Shown here one piece after another: positions 39,959 through 51,032 of a stretch of DNA of 64,000 bases; the stretch's first letter is position 1, and every line of letters begins with the position of its first letter. Position numbers and translations under genes: made by a program. This stretch comes from an uncultured Atopobium sp. (lineage in GTDB: Bacteria > Actinomycetota > Coriobacteriia > Coriobacteriales > Atopobiaceae), in NCBI GenBank assembly GCA_947252455.1, contig CAMXVQ010000002.1:18549-82548 (forward strand). The letters are read 5' to 3'. The notes under the pieces were generated by a model. That model did no database searches, was not told where the DNA came from, and was given only the letters and a program-made list of their open reading frames with translations.

Positions 39959-40944
39959 ATAAGACCACCTAAAACAAGCAAAAAATATGCTGCAGTGCAC
40001 CCAAAAAGCATGGAATCGCTGCGGTCAAGCAAACCACCATGACCAGGCATTATAGTGCCAGAATCTTTAAGGTGCACCGAGCGTTTAATACGAGATTCAA
40101 ACAAATCGCCTATAACAGAAACAATACCCACAACTAAACCGCAGATAAGAGCATATCCAAGTGAAATATGAACAAGTCTAAAATAATAAATACCAAACCA
40201 CACCGCAACAGAGGCAGCAAGACCACCATAAAACCCTTCGATACTTTTATGCGGAGAAATGGTAGGTGCAAGTGGATGCTTACCAAAATTACAGCCTACA
40301 AAATACGCCGAAATATCATTTGCCCAAACCGAACACATAACTACAAGGGTTAAAACAGCAGCATTAAAATTTGGCTGGCTACATCTTAAAAGTACGATAT
40401 GTGAAAAGAGCAGCGACGTATACATGGGAGCAAAAAAACTCAGGGCGGTATCAGCTATCGTAACATGCGGAGACGCAATATAAAACACGCTCAACACCAA
40501 CGCATAAAGTATTGCCGTACCCAAAAGAAGCGTATACGAATTAAAAAGGGCTAATATTGGAAAAAGCAACGCAACAAATAATCCCACAAAATCATAAGGA
40601 TTATAGTGCGCAAGCTTAATCATATGAAAAAATTCTGAGCAGCAAAGCCAGGCCATAGCTGCAATCGCAAATGCAGTACTTGCAGGATCAGCATAAATAC
40701 AACTCACCACAGCAACCGAGTATAAAACACCTGAAAATACACGAAGTAAAAGCTTTTCGGTCCATGCACGAGCACGTTGCGTTTTGAGCTCGCCTTTTTG
40801 TCTAACAGATTCTTTTTGACTGCGTCTTTCTTCGAGCTTTTTTATACCACGCTCTAAGCCAAGACCAGAAGTAAGGCGCGGGTGCATCTGTTGCTCTGAT
40901 TCATGAGCAGAACCTCTTTTAGTAAAAACGTGCAATTTACTCAC
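39955..40944 (-). CDS. cdsA: phosphatidate cytidylyltransferase
   Basis: The C-terminal CTP-transferase signature (SxxKRxxxxKDxGxxxPGHGGxxDRxD) is present. Confidence 0.8.
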   Translation of the reverse strand: MSKLHVFTKRGSAHESEQQMHPRLTSGLGLERGIKKLEERRSQKESVRQKGELKTQRARAWTEKLLLRVFSGVLYSVAVVSCIYADPASTAFAIAAMAWLCCSEFFHMIKLAHYNPYDFVGLFVALLFPILALFNSYTLLLGTAILYALVLSVFYIASPHVTIADTALSFFAPMYTSLLFSHIVLLRCSQPNFNAAVLTLVVMCSVWANDISAYFVGCNFGKHPLAPTISPHKSIEGFYGGLAASVAVWFGIYYFRLVHISLGYALICGLVVGIVSVIGDLFESRIKRSVHLKDSGTIMPGHGGLLDRSDSMLFGCTAAYFLLVLGGLI

Positions 40945-41720
40945 GAACGAACACCCCCAAAACGGCGCGTTCGCTCTTGATATGATTTAATTGCTCGCAA
41001 GAAATCCCATTTAGTAAAATCAGGCCATAACGTTTTGGTTATATAAAGCTCAGAATATGCAATTTGGTACAACAAATAATTTGAAAGACGCATCTCACCC
41101 GATGTGCGTATAACCAAATCAGGATCAGGAAGGCCGCTGGTATAAAGATACGACGAAAGCACTTCCTCATCAATATCTGACGGCTTAAGTTTTCCATCTT
41201 GCACCTGGGTAGCTATACTTTGAGATGCCTGAACAAGATCATAACGTCCACCATAATTTACTGCCAACGCAAATACCATGCCCGTATTATGCTTGGTCTG
41301 TTGCAACCCTTGTTTAAATACATTACGCGTAGTTGCAGGAAGAGCGTCAATATTGCCAAAGAAACGCAAACGAACATTTTCTTGCGCAAAAAGAGGTAAC
41401 TCCTTAACCAAAGTCGTAGCAAACAAGTGCATAAGCAGGGTAACTTCGTGCTGAGGACGTTTCCAATTTTCGGTAGAAAACGCGTAAACGCTCAGCACCT
41501 TAATTCCCAAACGAACCGAAGCAGTTACAATTTCTTTAAGCGAGGAAACTCCAGCTTTATGGCCTAAAGCTCTATCCAAGCCACGCGCCTGCGCCCAACG
41601 ACCGTTTCCGTCCATAATAATGGAAACGTGCGAAGGCAAACGATTCAACGAAATATCAGATAAGCTCGTATCGTCTGGCGGACAAGAAAAATATGATTCT
41701 AACTCTTGTGAAATAGACAA
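40941..41720 (-). CDS. uppS: isoprenyl transferase (undecaprenyl diphosphate synthase family)
   Basis: Cis-prenyltransferase motifs (HVSIIMDGNGRWA, ENWKRP). Confidence 0.9.
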   Translation of the reverse strand: MSISQELESYFSCPPDDTSLSDISLNRLPSHVSIIMDGNGRWAQARGLDRALGHKAGVSSLKEIVTASVRLGIKVLSVYAFSTENWKRPQHEVTLLMHLFATTLVKELPLFAQENVRLRFFGNIDALPATTRNVFKQGLQQTKHNTGMVFALAVNYGGRYDLVQASQSIATQVQDGKLKPSDIDEEVLSSYLYTSGLPDPDLVIRTSGEMRLSNYLLYQIAYSELYITKTLWPDFTKWDFLRAIKSYQERTRRFGGVRS

Positions 41721-42266
41721 CTAAATCTCCATGACCTCTTGTGATTTAGTTTTAAGCATTTCGTCGATCTTTGCTACAAACTCGTCTGTCAGCTTTTGGA
41801 TAGCCTTCTTTTCGCGATTAACATCGTCTTCATTAAGCTCTTCGTCACGTTCTGCTTTATTATTAGCATCGCGACGAGCATTTCGCACAGCAACTTTTGC
41901 ATCTTCTGCATATTGTTTACATTCTTTAACCAGTTCACGGCGACGCTCTTCGGTTGGCTTAGGAAACGGCAAGCGAATAGAAGTACCGTCATTACTAGGC
42001 GTTATACCTAAATCAGACGATTCAATAGCTTTTTCAATAGCTTTAAGCGAAGACTTATCCCAAGGCTCAACAACCAACATTGAGGGTTCGGGAACTTTAA
42101 TGCCAGCAAGCTGCACAATTGGAGTAGGTTGACCATAGTAATCTACCCGAATACCATCAAGTACCTGAGGATTTGCACGTCCGGTACGAACCTTAGAAAA
42201 ATTATTCTTAAGTGCATCAATACATTTATTCATGTGTTTTTGTGCTTGATCGGTATATGCGCTCAT
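41721..42266 (-). CDS. frr: ribosome recycling factor
   Basis: 181 aa with RRF similarity over the full length. Confidence 0.92.
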   Translation of the reverse strand: MSAYTDQAQKHMNKCIDALKNNFSKVRTGRANPQVLDGIRVDYYGQPTPIVQLAGIKVPEPSMLVVEPWDKSSLKAIEKAIESSDLGITPSNDGTSIRLPFPKPTEERRRELVKECKQYAEDAKVAVRNARRDANNKAERDEELNEDDVNREKKAIQKLTDEFVAKIDEMLKTKSQEVMEI

Positions 42267-42332
42267 ATATCCTCCTCATGTTGTTGTCTATGCTACCTCG
42301 AAAAAACTTCCCATAATATCTGCGTGCTAAAC

Positions 42333-43061
42333 CTACTTAGACACGTCTTCACAAACAACCGTACCAACATTTTCGCCCTGTAGTGCACGATCAAAAATAC
42401 CCTTTGCATCAAGATTGAAGACCATAATAGGCATATGGTTATCGTTACATAATGCAGTTGCTGTAGAATCCATAACTTGCAATTCCTTTTTAAGGACGTC
42501 CATATAGGTAATTTTGTCGAATTTCTTTGCGTTGGGATTCTTAACAGGATCACAATCGTAAATACCGTCGACTTTAGTTGCCTTCATAAGAACTTGCGCC
42601 CCAATTTCGCAAGCGCGCAAAGCAGCTGCTGTATCGGTAGTAAAGTAAGGATTTCCCGTACCAGCCGCAAAAATGGTGATACGGCCTTTTTCCAAATGAC
42701 GTATTGCACGACGTCGAATATAAGTTTCTGAAACCTGATGCATTTCAATTGCGCTCATAACGCGACATTGCATATCGTTATGCTCAAAGGTATCCTGAAG
42801 CGCAAGCGCATTGATAACAGTTGCAAGCATGCCCATGTTATCGCCTTGAGCACGATCCATACCTGCAGCTGCACCAGAAAGACCGCGAAAAATATTGCCT
42901 CCCCCAACTACTACTGCAATTTCGAGCCCTGCATCATAGGCTGGCTTAAGCTCATGTGCTATATGCTGAGGAACAACAGGATCAATACCAAAGTCTTTAT
43001 CACCCATAAGGGCTTCGCCTGAGAGTTTAAGAAGAACGCGCTTATATTTGTAAGCCGACAT
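42333..43061 (-). CDS. pyrH: UMP kinase
   Basis: Start at the ATG at 43061 ([16 protein letters not shown]) with a GGAAAGG Shine-Dalgarno. Amino-acid kinase fold motifs are present. Confidence 0.92.
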   Translation of the reverse strand: MSAYKYKRVLLKLSGEALMGDKDFGIDPVVPQHIAHELKPAYDAGLEIAVVVGGGNIFRGLSGAAAGMDRAQGDNMGMLATVINALALQDTFEHNDMQCRVMSAIEMHQVSETYIRRRAIRHLEKGRITIFAAGTGNPYFTTDTAAALRACEIGAQVLMKATKVDGIYDCDPVKNPNAKKFDKITYMDVLKKELQVMDSTATALCNDNHMPIMVFNLDAKGIFDRALQGENVGTVVCEDVSK

Positions 43062-43272
43062 AGTAAACCTTTCCATATAAACGTACATGCAAAAAAGCCG
43101 CATATATCTGTGCATCACATGTAATGCATGTTTTTCTCATTTTAACAGAAGAGCACGCAAGCTCAGTAGGGAATGTACGCAAAGCAAAGAAGTTACAAAG
43201 TAATGAGCAAGAAAAACCCGACTTATCAAAGATAAATCGGGTTAACACTACGTATACAAACGATGAAAGAAC

Positions 43273-44148
43273 TTATTCTTCACCAAAGGCATAACGAACA
43301 AATGAAACGATCTTGATAGAGTCATCACCAACAGACTTACCTACTTTTTTAGCAAGTTCAATAACCGTTACGCTTGAATCCTTAATGAATTCTTGCTCGC
43401 TTAAAACGCTTTCTTTAAAGTATTTCTCAAGTTTGCCTTCAGCCATTTTTTCTTGAATAAATTCAGGCTTTCCACTTGCTGCAGCTTGAGCCATGTAAAT
43501 GCTTTTCTCATGAGCAATAACATCGGCTGGAACATCTTCACGACGTGCACTCACAGGGGCAGATGCCGCGACTTGCATAGCAACATCGTGAGCAAAAGTC
43601 TTGAACTCTTCGCTTTCAGCAGTTTGAGGATTGTCAAAACTGAATTGACAAATATCTGCGAGCTTACCACCAAGATGAATGTAGCTGCTCAAGCAACCAT
43701 CCTCAGCAACAACACGCTGAAAACGAGCAACTTTCATGTTCTCGCCAATGACGTGAATCATTTCGGTTAATTCGTCAGCAACCGTAGAATTATCCAAAGG
43801 GCATGCTTTAAGAGCCTCAACGTCAGCAGGATCCTGCTGTGCAACACATTGGGCAAGTTTATTTGCAAAAGAAGTAAACTTAGGGTTAGTACCTACAAAG
43901 TCTGTTTCGCAGGTAAGCTCCAAAAGTGCACCAGTTTTACCGTCTTCAGAGACATAAGCAGCAATGGTGCCTTCATTCGTATCACGACCAGCGCGTTTAA
44001 CAGCCTTTGCAACGCCCATCTTGCGAAGTACGTCTACAGCTTTTTCGATGTCACCATCGGCTTCTACTAAAGCTTTTTTGCACTCCATCATAGGCGAGTC
44101 GGTCATTTCACGGAGTTGTTTTACCAATGCTGCGCTAATTTGTGCCAT
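43273..44148 (-). CDS. tsf: elongation factor Ts
   Basis: N-terminal UBA-like motif (LVKQLREMTDSPMMECKKAL) and EF-Ts dimerisation domains. Confidence 0.92.
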   Translation of the reverse strand: MAQISAALVKQLREMTDSPMMECKKALVEADGDIEKAVDVLRKMGVAKAVKRAGRDTNEGTIAAYVSEDGKTGALLELTCETDFVGTNPKFTSFANKLAQCVAQQDPADVEALKACPLDNSTVADELTEMIHVIGENMKVARFQRVVAEDGCLSSYIHLGGKLADICQFSFDNPQTAESEEFKTFAHDVAMQVAASAPVSARREDVPADVIAHEKSIYMAQAAASGKPEFIQEKMAEGKLEKYFKESVLSEQEFIKDSSVTVIELAKKVGKSVGDDSIKIVSFVRYAFGEE

Positions 44149-44184
44149 GATTTCTCCTTTATAGGATTAGAGTCTACAATACTA

Positions 44185-44958
44185 CTACTCAGAAACAGAT
44201 TCTTTATCTGAAGAATCTTCTTGTGCCTTTTCTTCCTGGCTACCCTGCTTCATTTCTTCCTCAGAAATTTGTTCTTTACCCTTACCAGCAAGAACAGCAT
44301 CAGCAACAAGTTCGCACATAAGATTTACCGAACGAATTGCGTCATCGTTAGCAGGAATACCATAATCAACTACATCAGGATCAGAGTTAGTGTCAAGCAA
44401 TGCAACAACAGGAATGTGAAGACGATTTGCCTCACGAATTGCAATTTCTTCACGCTTTGAATCTACAATAAAGAGTGCCTGAGGAAGTGCGTGCATATCA
44501 CGAACACCACCAAGATTGCGCTGAAGCTTTTCAAGTTCTTTACCCAAAACAGCTTGCTCTTTTTTAGGAAGCGCAGCCATACGACCGTCTTCTACCATAG
44601 CCTCAAGCTCTTCCATACGATCGATACGTGAACGCATGGTTACAAAGTTAGTAAGCATACCGCCCAACCAACGCTGATTGATGTAGGGCATATCACAACG
44701 TTTTGCCTGTTCAGCAACTGCCTCTTGAGCCTGTTTTTTAGTACCAACAAAAAGAATACGACCTTTTTTTGAAGCGCAATTCTTAAGAAAAGTATATGCT
44801 TTATCTGCATTTACAACAGTTTGCTTAAGATCAAGAATATAAATACCGTTACGCTCACCAAAAATATATGGTTTCATTTTTGGATTCCAGCGACGGGTTT
44901 GGTGTCCGTAGTGGCAGCCAGCTTCAAGAAGCGTACGAATATTAATCTTTACAGCCAT
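44185..44958 (-). CDS. rpsB: 30S ribosomal protein S2
   Basis: Start at the ATG at 44958 ([28 protein letters not shown]) with a GGAGG Shine-Dalgarno. The C-terminal acidic tail is present. Confidence 0.93.
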   Translation of the reverse strand: MAVKINIRTLLEAGCHYGHQTRRWNPKMKPYIFGERNGIYILDLKQTVVNADKAYTFLKNCASKKGRILFVGTKKQAQEAVAEQAKRCDMPYINQRWLGGMLTNFVTMRSRIDRMEELEAMVEDGRMAALPKKEQAVLGKELEKLQRNLGGVRDMHALPQALFIVDSKREEIAIREANRLHIPVVALLDTNSDPDVVDYGIPANDDAIRSVNLMCELVADAVLAGKGKEQISEEEMKQGSQEEKAQEDSSDKESVSE

Positions 44959-45239
44959 AATAAAACCTCCATTGGTTGATCCTCCGTAAACAATCATCCC
45001 TGAGCACTACTTTAAATTTGGCTGAATTTAAAGCACCAGAGTACACAAGTCCTGCTTACGTGTGTATTTTTACACTGCGCACGTGCACAGCAACAATAAA
45101 GTATACCAAGCTCCAAACGTTTTTTCTATACTTATTTTTAGCCACTATACAGATTCATATGATGAGCATAACCACCAAAACTACCCACAAATTCAAGACA
45201 ACATGCATACATTTCAATTCCGTGTATACCAATCCAAGA

Positions 45240-46268
45240 TTACGCGCGAGGATTTGCGCGACGCGCAGCGTCTTTTAATGCATTAACAGAAACATGTGTA
45301 TATATCTGTGTAGTTGCCAGGCTTGCATGTCCTAAAAGCTCCTGCACACTGCGTAAATCTGCACCATGTGACAGCAACTCGGTTGCAAACGAATGACGCA
45401 TCGTATGAGGAGTTGCTATTTCTTGAAGATGACTTAAGCGCATGTAATGTTCAAAAACGTATCTTAGAGCTTGATCACTCATGGCCTTACCACGTGTTGA
45501 AATAAAAACGCGTTGATTAGTTTGAGCTTGCGCTTGATTTTTTTGTTTAGATAACAAAACTGGCCGCGCGTTTGTCAGATACATATGCAAAATACGGGCA
45601 CATTCGGGATATATTGGCACAATGCGCTCTTTTGAGCCTTTACCAAATAGCCTTACCTGCAGTGTATCAAAGGATATGTCAGAAATACACAAGTGAGCCG
45701 CTTCAGATATACGACAACCTGTTGCATAAAGGAGTTCCAAAAGCGCGCGATCTCGTATACCGCATGCCGTATCTTCATGACAGGTGGTAAGTAACTTTTC
45801 AATGGAAGATTCACTTAAAACATGAGGTAATGTCTTGGGAATCTTTGGGCTTGAAAGCGCTGACGCACAATCTTTTTCGGTCAGTCCTTTTCGAACAAGC
45901 CATTTATACCACGCTCGAATAGCAGATAAATGCCTATTAATGGTACGAGAGGCATAGTGAGCTGCATATAATTGTGCCAAATATGACCGTAGCTGCTTAT
46001 GCGAAATATCTAAGAGATCATAGGAGTTTTTTATAAGCCAACGCACATACGCTTTAAGATCTGTTTCATATGCACGAGTTGTGTTTGGCGATAAATTTTG
46101 AGTATTCATAAGGTGCTGAATAAACGATTCCATAAGCTGCTGCACATATGCGGAATATGAATCATCATCAGGTTTTATGCCACAAGCAGGTATAACTTGT
46201 GAACAATTTATCTCTGTATGTTCGCTCGTTTTAGAAGATATATCATCACTCATAAAACACTCACCCAC
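45240..46268 (-). CDS. xerC: tyrosine site-specific recombinase, XerC/XerD type
   Basis: The R...HxxR...Y catalytic residues (HTMRHSFAT, LGHASLATTQIYTHV) and an N-terminal core-binding domain. The housekeeping context and synteny with rpsB argue for Xer rather than a phage integrase. Confidence 0.8.
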   Translation of the reverse strand: MGECFMSDDISSKTSEHTEINCSQVIPACGIKPDDDSYSAYVQQLMESFIQHLMNTQNLSPNTTRAYETDLKAYVRWLIKNSYDLLDISHKQLRSYLAQLYAAHYASRTINRHLSAIRAWYKWLVRKGLTEKDCASALSSPKIPKTLPHVLSESSIEKLLTTCHEDTACGIRDRALLELLYATGCRISEAAHLCISDISFDTLQVRLFGKGSKERIVPIYPECARILHMYLTNARPVLLSKQKNQAQAQTNQRVFISTRGKAMSDQALRYVFEHYMRLSHLQEIATPHTMRHSFATELLSHGADLRSVQELLGHASLATTQIYTHVSVNALKDAARRANPRA

Positions 46269-47685
46269 ATATATTGTTTAAAGTTGCAACATCTTGCACA
46301 ACGTTTTCAACGAGAAGCTCAGGATGATTTTGAATGTAGGCACTCAGATCTGCTTCTGCACGAAGTGCATAAGCTTTGTATCTATCTGCTTTTGATTTAA
46401 TTCTATGCTCAAGTACAGGCATAAGACCAAAATTAACATGCATCGGCTGATAGGTGCTTGTTTGAGGATTGGTTGCATAAGCTACAAGAGAGCCAAATGC
46501 ACCCGTAACAGGTAGCTGTATAGAAGGGTAATCCACAAGCTCGCAATAAGTATTAAGAGCAGCCAACAAACCAGAAGCTATAGCCTCTGTATATCCTTCT
46601 GTTCCTGTAATTTGCCCAGCAAGACGTATCTTTGTTTGAGGAATCTTAAACGTAGAATCCAAACATTTTGGAGCATCAACAAAAGAGTTTCGGTGCATAA
46701 CTCCATAACGGAAGAATTCTGCTTCTTCAAGGCCCGGAATCATACGAAACACGCGCTTTTGTTCTCCCCAAAGCAAGTTTGTTTGGAAACCCACAAGATT
46801 ATAAGCCGTTCTTTGAGAGTTTTCACTTCGCAATTGACATACGGCATATGGTCTTGTAAATGCTGCACCAGAAGTATTAATGTGCAGATGGGGATGGCTC
46901 TTTGGATACGAAATTCCAACGGGTTTTAAAGCTCCAAAACGCAGGGAATCAACGCCTGTTCTTGCAACTTCTTCAACAGGTTGACATGCCGAAAAAAGGT
47001 CTTTTTGCTCAAAGTCTTTTGAAATAGCTCGCTTTGCATTGATAAGCTCATGATAAAAGGCAAGATATGTATCCTTGGTAAACGGACAGTTAAGATAGTC
47101 ACCTTGTGCAGCTGATTGAGTGTCACAAGCGCAACTGTGCGCATATCGAGATTGCTTAAAAACAAGGTTAAAATTTATACTTTCAACATCAACAATAGGA
47201 GCAGCAGCATCAAAAAACGATAATGATGAAGAACCAAGATAAGAAATAAGCTGATTAAAAAGAGCATCAGAACAAAGAGGACCTGCAGCAATAACTACGT
47301 TTCCTTGAGGAATGTCCACTACTTCTTGATGATGTATTGTTATAAAGGGATTTTGTTCAAGTGCGCACGTAACCAGACGAGAAAAAATATCTCGATCAAC
47401 TGCCAGTGCCCCACCAGCTGGAACTTGGGCTTGAAACGCAAACTTCACCAGATATGAACCCAACATTGAAAGCTCATGTTTTAATAAGCCCGCAGCGCTT
47501 TCTAATTTAAGACTCTTTAAAGAATTAGAACAGACAAGCTCTGCAAAATTAGGACTATGATGGGCAGGACTCATTTTTGAAGGCTTCATATCATAGAGAT
47601 CAACATAGATGTGTCGAGCTGCCAGCTGCAAAGCACATTCGCTACCTGCCAGACCTGCTCCTATGATAGTTACGCGCGATTCCAT
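46261..47685 (-). CDS. trmFO: methylenetetrahydrofolate--tRNA-(uracil54-C5)-methyltransferase TrmFO
   Basis: FAD-binding N-terminus (VTIIGAGLAGSE) and TrmFO/Gid similarity. The start is the ATG at 47685 with a GAAAGG Shine-Dalgarno. Confidence 0.88.
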   Translation of the reverse strand: MESRVTIIGAGLAGSECALQLAARHIYVDLYDMKPSKMSPAHHSPNFAELVCSNSLKSLKLESAAGLLKHELSMLGSYLVKFAFQAQVPAGGALAVDRDIFSRLVTCALEQNPFITIHHQEVVDIPQGNVVIAAGPLCSDALFNQLISYLGSSSLSFFDAAAPIVDVESINFNLVFKQSRYAHSCACDTQSAAQGDYLNCPFTKDTYLAFYHELINAKRAISKDFEQKDLFSACQPVEEVARTGVDSLRFGALKPVGISYPKSHPHLHINTSGAAFTRPYAVCQLRSENSQRTAYNLVGFQTNLLWGEQKRVFRMIPGLEEAEFFRYGVMHRNSFVDAPKCLDSTFKIPQTKIRLAGQITGTEGYTEAIASGLLAALNTYCELVDYPSIQLPVTGAFGSLVAYATNPQTSTYQPMHVNFGLMPVLEHRIKSKADRYKAYALRAEADLSAYIQNHPELLVENVVQDVATLNNICG

Positions 47686-47765
47686 GTGTACCTTTCTCAA
47701 GATGAACTTATAAACTCATACCTCACATATATAAGTTTATCGTAAATTATTCCCAACAAGAGAAC

Positions 47766-48785
47766 CTACAATCTATCTTCGCTCTTTTTCCCATAGTATA
47801 GATAAGCTTGAGACGTTGGAGAAAAGCGCCCGTCAATTAAGCGTTTAACTAAACCTTGTGCTTCAAAATCGCCTAAGGTAGAAAGAATCGTTATAATCTT
47901 TTCGTCGAGCTGTTGCGCTAAATCATCTGCACGCATAGGATTTGCAAATAATGCAGACATAATTTTACCTAAATGCGGCTTGAGAGATTCACAAGTTAAA
48001 CGTAGCGAATTGAAATCCAAACTAATGCGCTCCTCAAGATCTTTTTCTGAGGTGATAATCGCCGCTCCGTTGGCAATAAGTGCATTCGTACCATTTGAAA
48101 GTGGAGAAAAAATTGAACCTGGACAAGCATACAACATACGATTTAATTGCACGGCAGTTTCGGCAGTGCTCATCGTGCCCGACTTATGATTTGCTTCACA
48201 GATAATAAGCACACGTGATAGAGCAGCAATGATCTTATTTCTTTTTGGAAATGCATAGCGCTTTGGTGAAGACCCCCACGTTTCAAGGGCAATAACACAA
48301 CCTCTACCATCCTTTGCTTCTTCAAAAATGTCTTTTGACGATGATGGATATATCTTATCGGCTCCACATCCCGAAACGATACAAATACTCCCCTTTGCAT
48401 CAAGCGCAGCACGTAAGGCAGCGTAATCACAGCCTTTAGCACCACCTGAAACTACTGTTAAACCGCACTCCGCAGATATACGTCCTGCAAGTTGTGCTAA
48501 TGATTTTCCATAAGGCGTGGCATCGCGAGCGCCAATAATAGATATGCACGGCTTTTGGAGGACATCTGGATTACCTATTCCATACAAACGCTGCGGAGGA
48601 TGCTCAAGGTCGTGTAGTGCGTAAGGATAGTACGAATCTGCGTCCGTAAGCTCCCAACGTGCAGCAGCACTCGGAGCATGTGTATGAGACAAAGGCACGT
48701 GACCCTGAGGCATGCAAGCTTGTTGAATTACTTGTGACTCTATGACGGCAGATAAGTTATTGTCTATGGTTATAGATCTTCTCAT
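47766..48785 (-). CDS. dprA: DNA-processing protein DprA
   Basis: Rossmann-like DprA core (GGAKGCD...RNKIIAALS). Confidence 0.8.
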   Translation of the reverse strand: MRRSITIDNNLSAVIESQVIQQACMPQGHVPLSHTHAPSAAARWELTDADSYYPYALHDLEHPPQRLYGIGNPDVLQKPCISIIGARDATPYGKSLAQLAGRISAECGLTVVSGGAKGCDYAALRAALDAKGSICIVSGCGADKIYPSSSKDIFEEAKDGRGCVIALETWGSSPKRYAFPKRNKIIAALSRVLIICEANHKSGTMSTAETAVQLNRMLYACPGSIFSPLSNGTNALIANGAAIITSEKDLEERISLDFNSLRLTCESLKPHLGKIMSALFANPMRADDLAQQLDEKIITILSTLGDFEAQGLVKRLIDGRFSPTSQAYLYYGKKSEDRL

Positions 48786-50347
48786 AAACTCCCTTTTCTA
48801 TTCCTTAGCATACAAGCTTCCAACATGTCCTCAACTTCAACGCGTTCATGTTCTGCCAAGTCTGCTATCGTTCGAGCAACATGTACAATACGCGACAAAC
48901 CCCTACCCCCAAGTCCTGTTCTCAATGCTATTTGGTTAAGTTTGGATTTGGCTTCAGGCGACAGAGCTTCACACGCAATACCTTTATTTTTTGATTGGTT
49001 GCCACCTGATTTTTGATCCATAACAGACGAAGCACGCGAACATACACCAGTTAAAGAGTCTTTTAGTTTCTCTTCACGTTGAGCTCTAAACGCACGAGCT
49101 TTTTCTACCATTGCTTGCATTTGGGCAGATGATAGACCTTGTACTCCATTAAGTATTTTTTGCGGTGAGGGACGTTGTATATCAATACACATATCGATAC
49201 GATCAACTAAAGGTCCACTCAACTTAGATTGATACTTTAAAATTTTTGCCTCGGTGCATACGCATTCATGATCACTATCACCTAAATATCCGCAGGGGCA
49301 AGGATTTGCAGCAGCAATAAACATAAACTTACCAGGAAAAACATACACTCCTTCTGCGCGAATAAGACGCACCTCACCCTCCTCGAACGGTTGGCGTAAG
49401 GTTTGTAACACATTCGAGGCAAATTCTGGTAATTCATCAAGAAAAAGTACACCCGTATGAGCAAGCGATATTTCTCCTGGTAAAACTGGCCTTCCCCCAC
49501 CTATAAGCCCTGCAGTTGATATAGAATGATGCGGCGCTCTAAAAGGTGGAATTCCTTGAGAAAGCAAGTCTAAAGGAAGTCCTGCTACCGAGTGAATAAG
49601 CAAAGCTTCATCTTTCTGTGCCACACTTAAAGGTGGAAGAATCGAAGGAATACGTTGCGCAAGCATCGTTTTACCTGCACCTGGAGGTCCTATCATCAGC
49701 AATCCATGATTGCCTGCTGCGGCTATCACACATGCACGTTTTGCAGCTTCTTGGTCTATAACGTCTATAAAATCATAGGTATGAACAGATTGGCGTAGGC
49801 GCTTTTTAAGAACCACCGCACTTGTATCGCTACATTTTCGCATAAGCCAAGGAATACCATTCATAAATACGCTTAGACGCTGACAGTAAAGCGTATGCTT
49901 GGTATGAATATCGTTTACACTTAAAGCTGAACAAACCACCATTTTATGTAACGAGCGCGCTAACTTATAATATGCCATATACCCTCGTATAGGACACACG
50001 CTTCCATCCAAGGCAAGCTCACCTATAAATAGACACTTTTCAATATCGGCTAAAGGCATCGAGTGCGTTAGATAGAGCAGTGCCACCGCAATTGGTAAAT
50101 CAAATCCAGCTCCCGTTTTTCTTATCTCACCAGGTGAAAGATTGATAGTAATATGTTTTCTGGGTAAATTAACTCCTATGCTTTTAAGCGCACAGCGCAC
50201 GCGCGAGCGAGATTCTAAAACCGATATATCAGGATTTCCCACAAGCGTTATCCCAGGAATACCACTTGAAGTAGAAACTTCAACTTTAACCGGAATTGCT
50301 TCTATTCCTCGCAGCATGGCCGTGTGAATGGTAACAGCCTCACTCAT
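48782..50347 (-). CDS. comM: Mg-chelatase-like AAA+ ATPase YifB/ComM
   Basis: Lon-like N-domain, AAA+ Walker A (GPPGAGKT), Walker B (LFLDE), and a C-terminal ChlI domain. The start is the ATG at 50347. Confidence 0.85.
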   Translation of the reverse strand: MSEAVTIHTAMLRGIEAIPVKVEVSTSSGIPGITLVGNPDISVLESRSRVRCALKSIGVNLPRKHITINLSPGEIRKTGAGFDLPIAVALLYLTHSMPLADIEKCLFIGELALDGSVCPIRGYMAYYKLARSLHKMVVCSALSVNDIHTKHTLYCQRLSVFMNGIPWLMRKCSDTSAVVLKKRLRQSVHTYDFIDVIDQEAAKRACVIAAAGNHGLLMIGPPGAGKTMLAQRIPSILPPLSVAQKDEALLIHSVAGLPLDLLSQGIPPFRAPHHSISTAGLIGGGRPVLPGEISLAHTGVLFLDELPEFASNVLQTLRQPFEEGEVRLIRAEGVYVFPGKFMFIAAANPCPCGYLGDSDHECVCTEAKILKYQSKLSGPLVDRIDMCIDIQRPSPQKILNGVQGLSSAQMQAMVEKARAFRAQREEKLKDSLTGVCSRASSVMDQKSGGNQSKNKGIACEALSPEAKSKLNQIALRTGLGGRGLSRIVHVARTIADLAEHERVEVEDMLEACMLRNRKGSL

Positions 50348-50870
50348 AAGGCCCGTCCCATTCAAATGCAGACTGTATATGTCTTAGCTGAGCATGCGAA
50401 TCATCTAAAATTGCCAACGCAATAACATCAAAACGTATGTTTTCGCACATAGGATAAGCAGTGTTATAACTACGAGCCAAGGCAATATAGCGCGATTGTT
50501 TTTGTTTATCAACAGCAATCTCGGGAAAGAGCTCCCCTGATTTGTTCTGCAGCCGTGTTTTTACTTCAACAAAAACGGTCTCATCACCTTTTGAGGCAAT
50601 GATATCAACTTCACCATCTGCGCATTTCCAATTACGATCCAAAATTTCAAAATCCTGCCGTTCTAAAAAACAACAGGCAAGATTTTCACCCAACGTGCCA
50701 AGTTCCTTGCTATTTAAAGTGTTAACTGCGGACTTGCGCGGAGTATCAACCGAATCGTTGGTTTTTTCTTTCGTCTGTCTCTTATCGCGTTTTGTAGTTT
50801 TTTTCTTGTGTGGTGCACAAGACTCGATAGGATCTGCAGAAGCTATCTCTGACCCAAAATGTTCCTTCAT
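50340..50870 (-). CDS. yraN: YraN-family (UPF0102) endonuclease-fold protein with a Lys-rich N-terminal extension
   Basis: The core LGTLGENLACCFLERQDFEILDRNWK...DGEVDIIASKGDE...FVEVK matches YraN. A roughly 55-aa basic N-terminal tail is present. Confidence 0.65.
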   Translation of the reverse strand: MKEHFGSEIASADPIESCAPHKKKTTKRDKRQTKEKTNDSVDTPRKSAVNTLNSKELGTLGENLACCFLERQDFEILDRNWKCADGEVDIIASKGDETVFVEVKTRLQNKSGELFPEIAVDKQKQSRYIALARSYNTAYPMCENIRFDVIALAILDDSHAQLRHIQSAFEWDGPYE

Positions 50871-51032
50871 GCTGCCTTCTTTCCTGAAGCTTTACCTAAA
50901 GGACATTTTGAACCTACAAACATGCACAAAACTTGGCGCTAACTTGCAAAAAAGCCAAAATAAAACCTGCAAGTTTCCAAAATATTCAGATACTTACAGG
51001 CTTAAAAATTTCCTCAATGTATGTATATACAA

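Noticed and set aside
45240-46268. Tyrosine recombinase as a marker of an integrated mobile element
   Set aside because: It sits in a conserved housekeeping block (rpsB...trmFO, dprA) with no att-like repeats, no atypical composition and no phage genes. It has XerC/XerD-type organisation.
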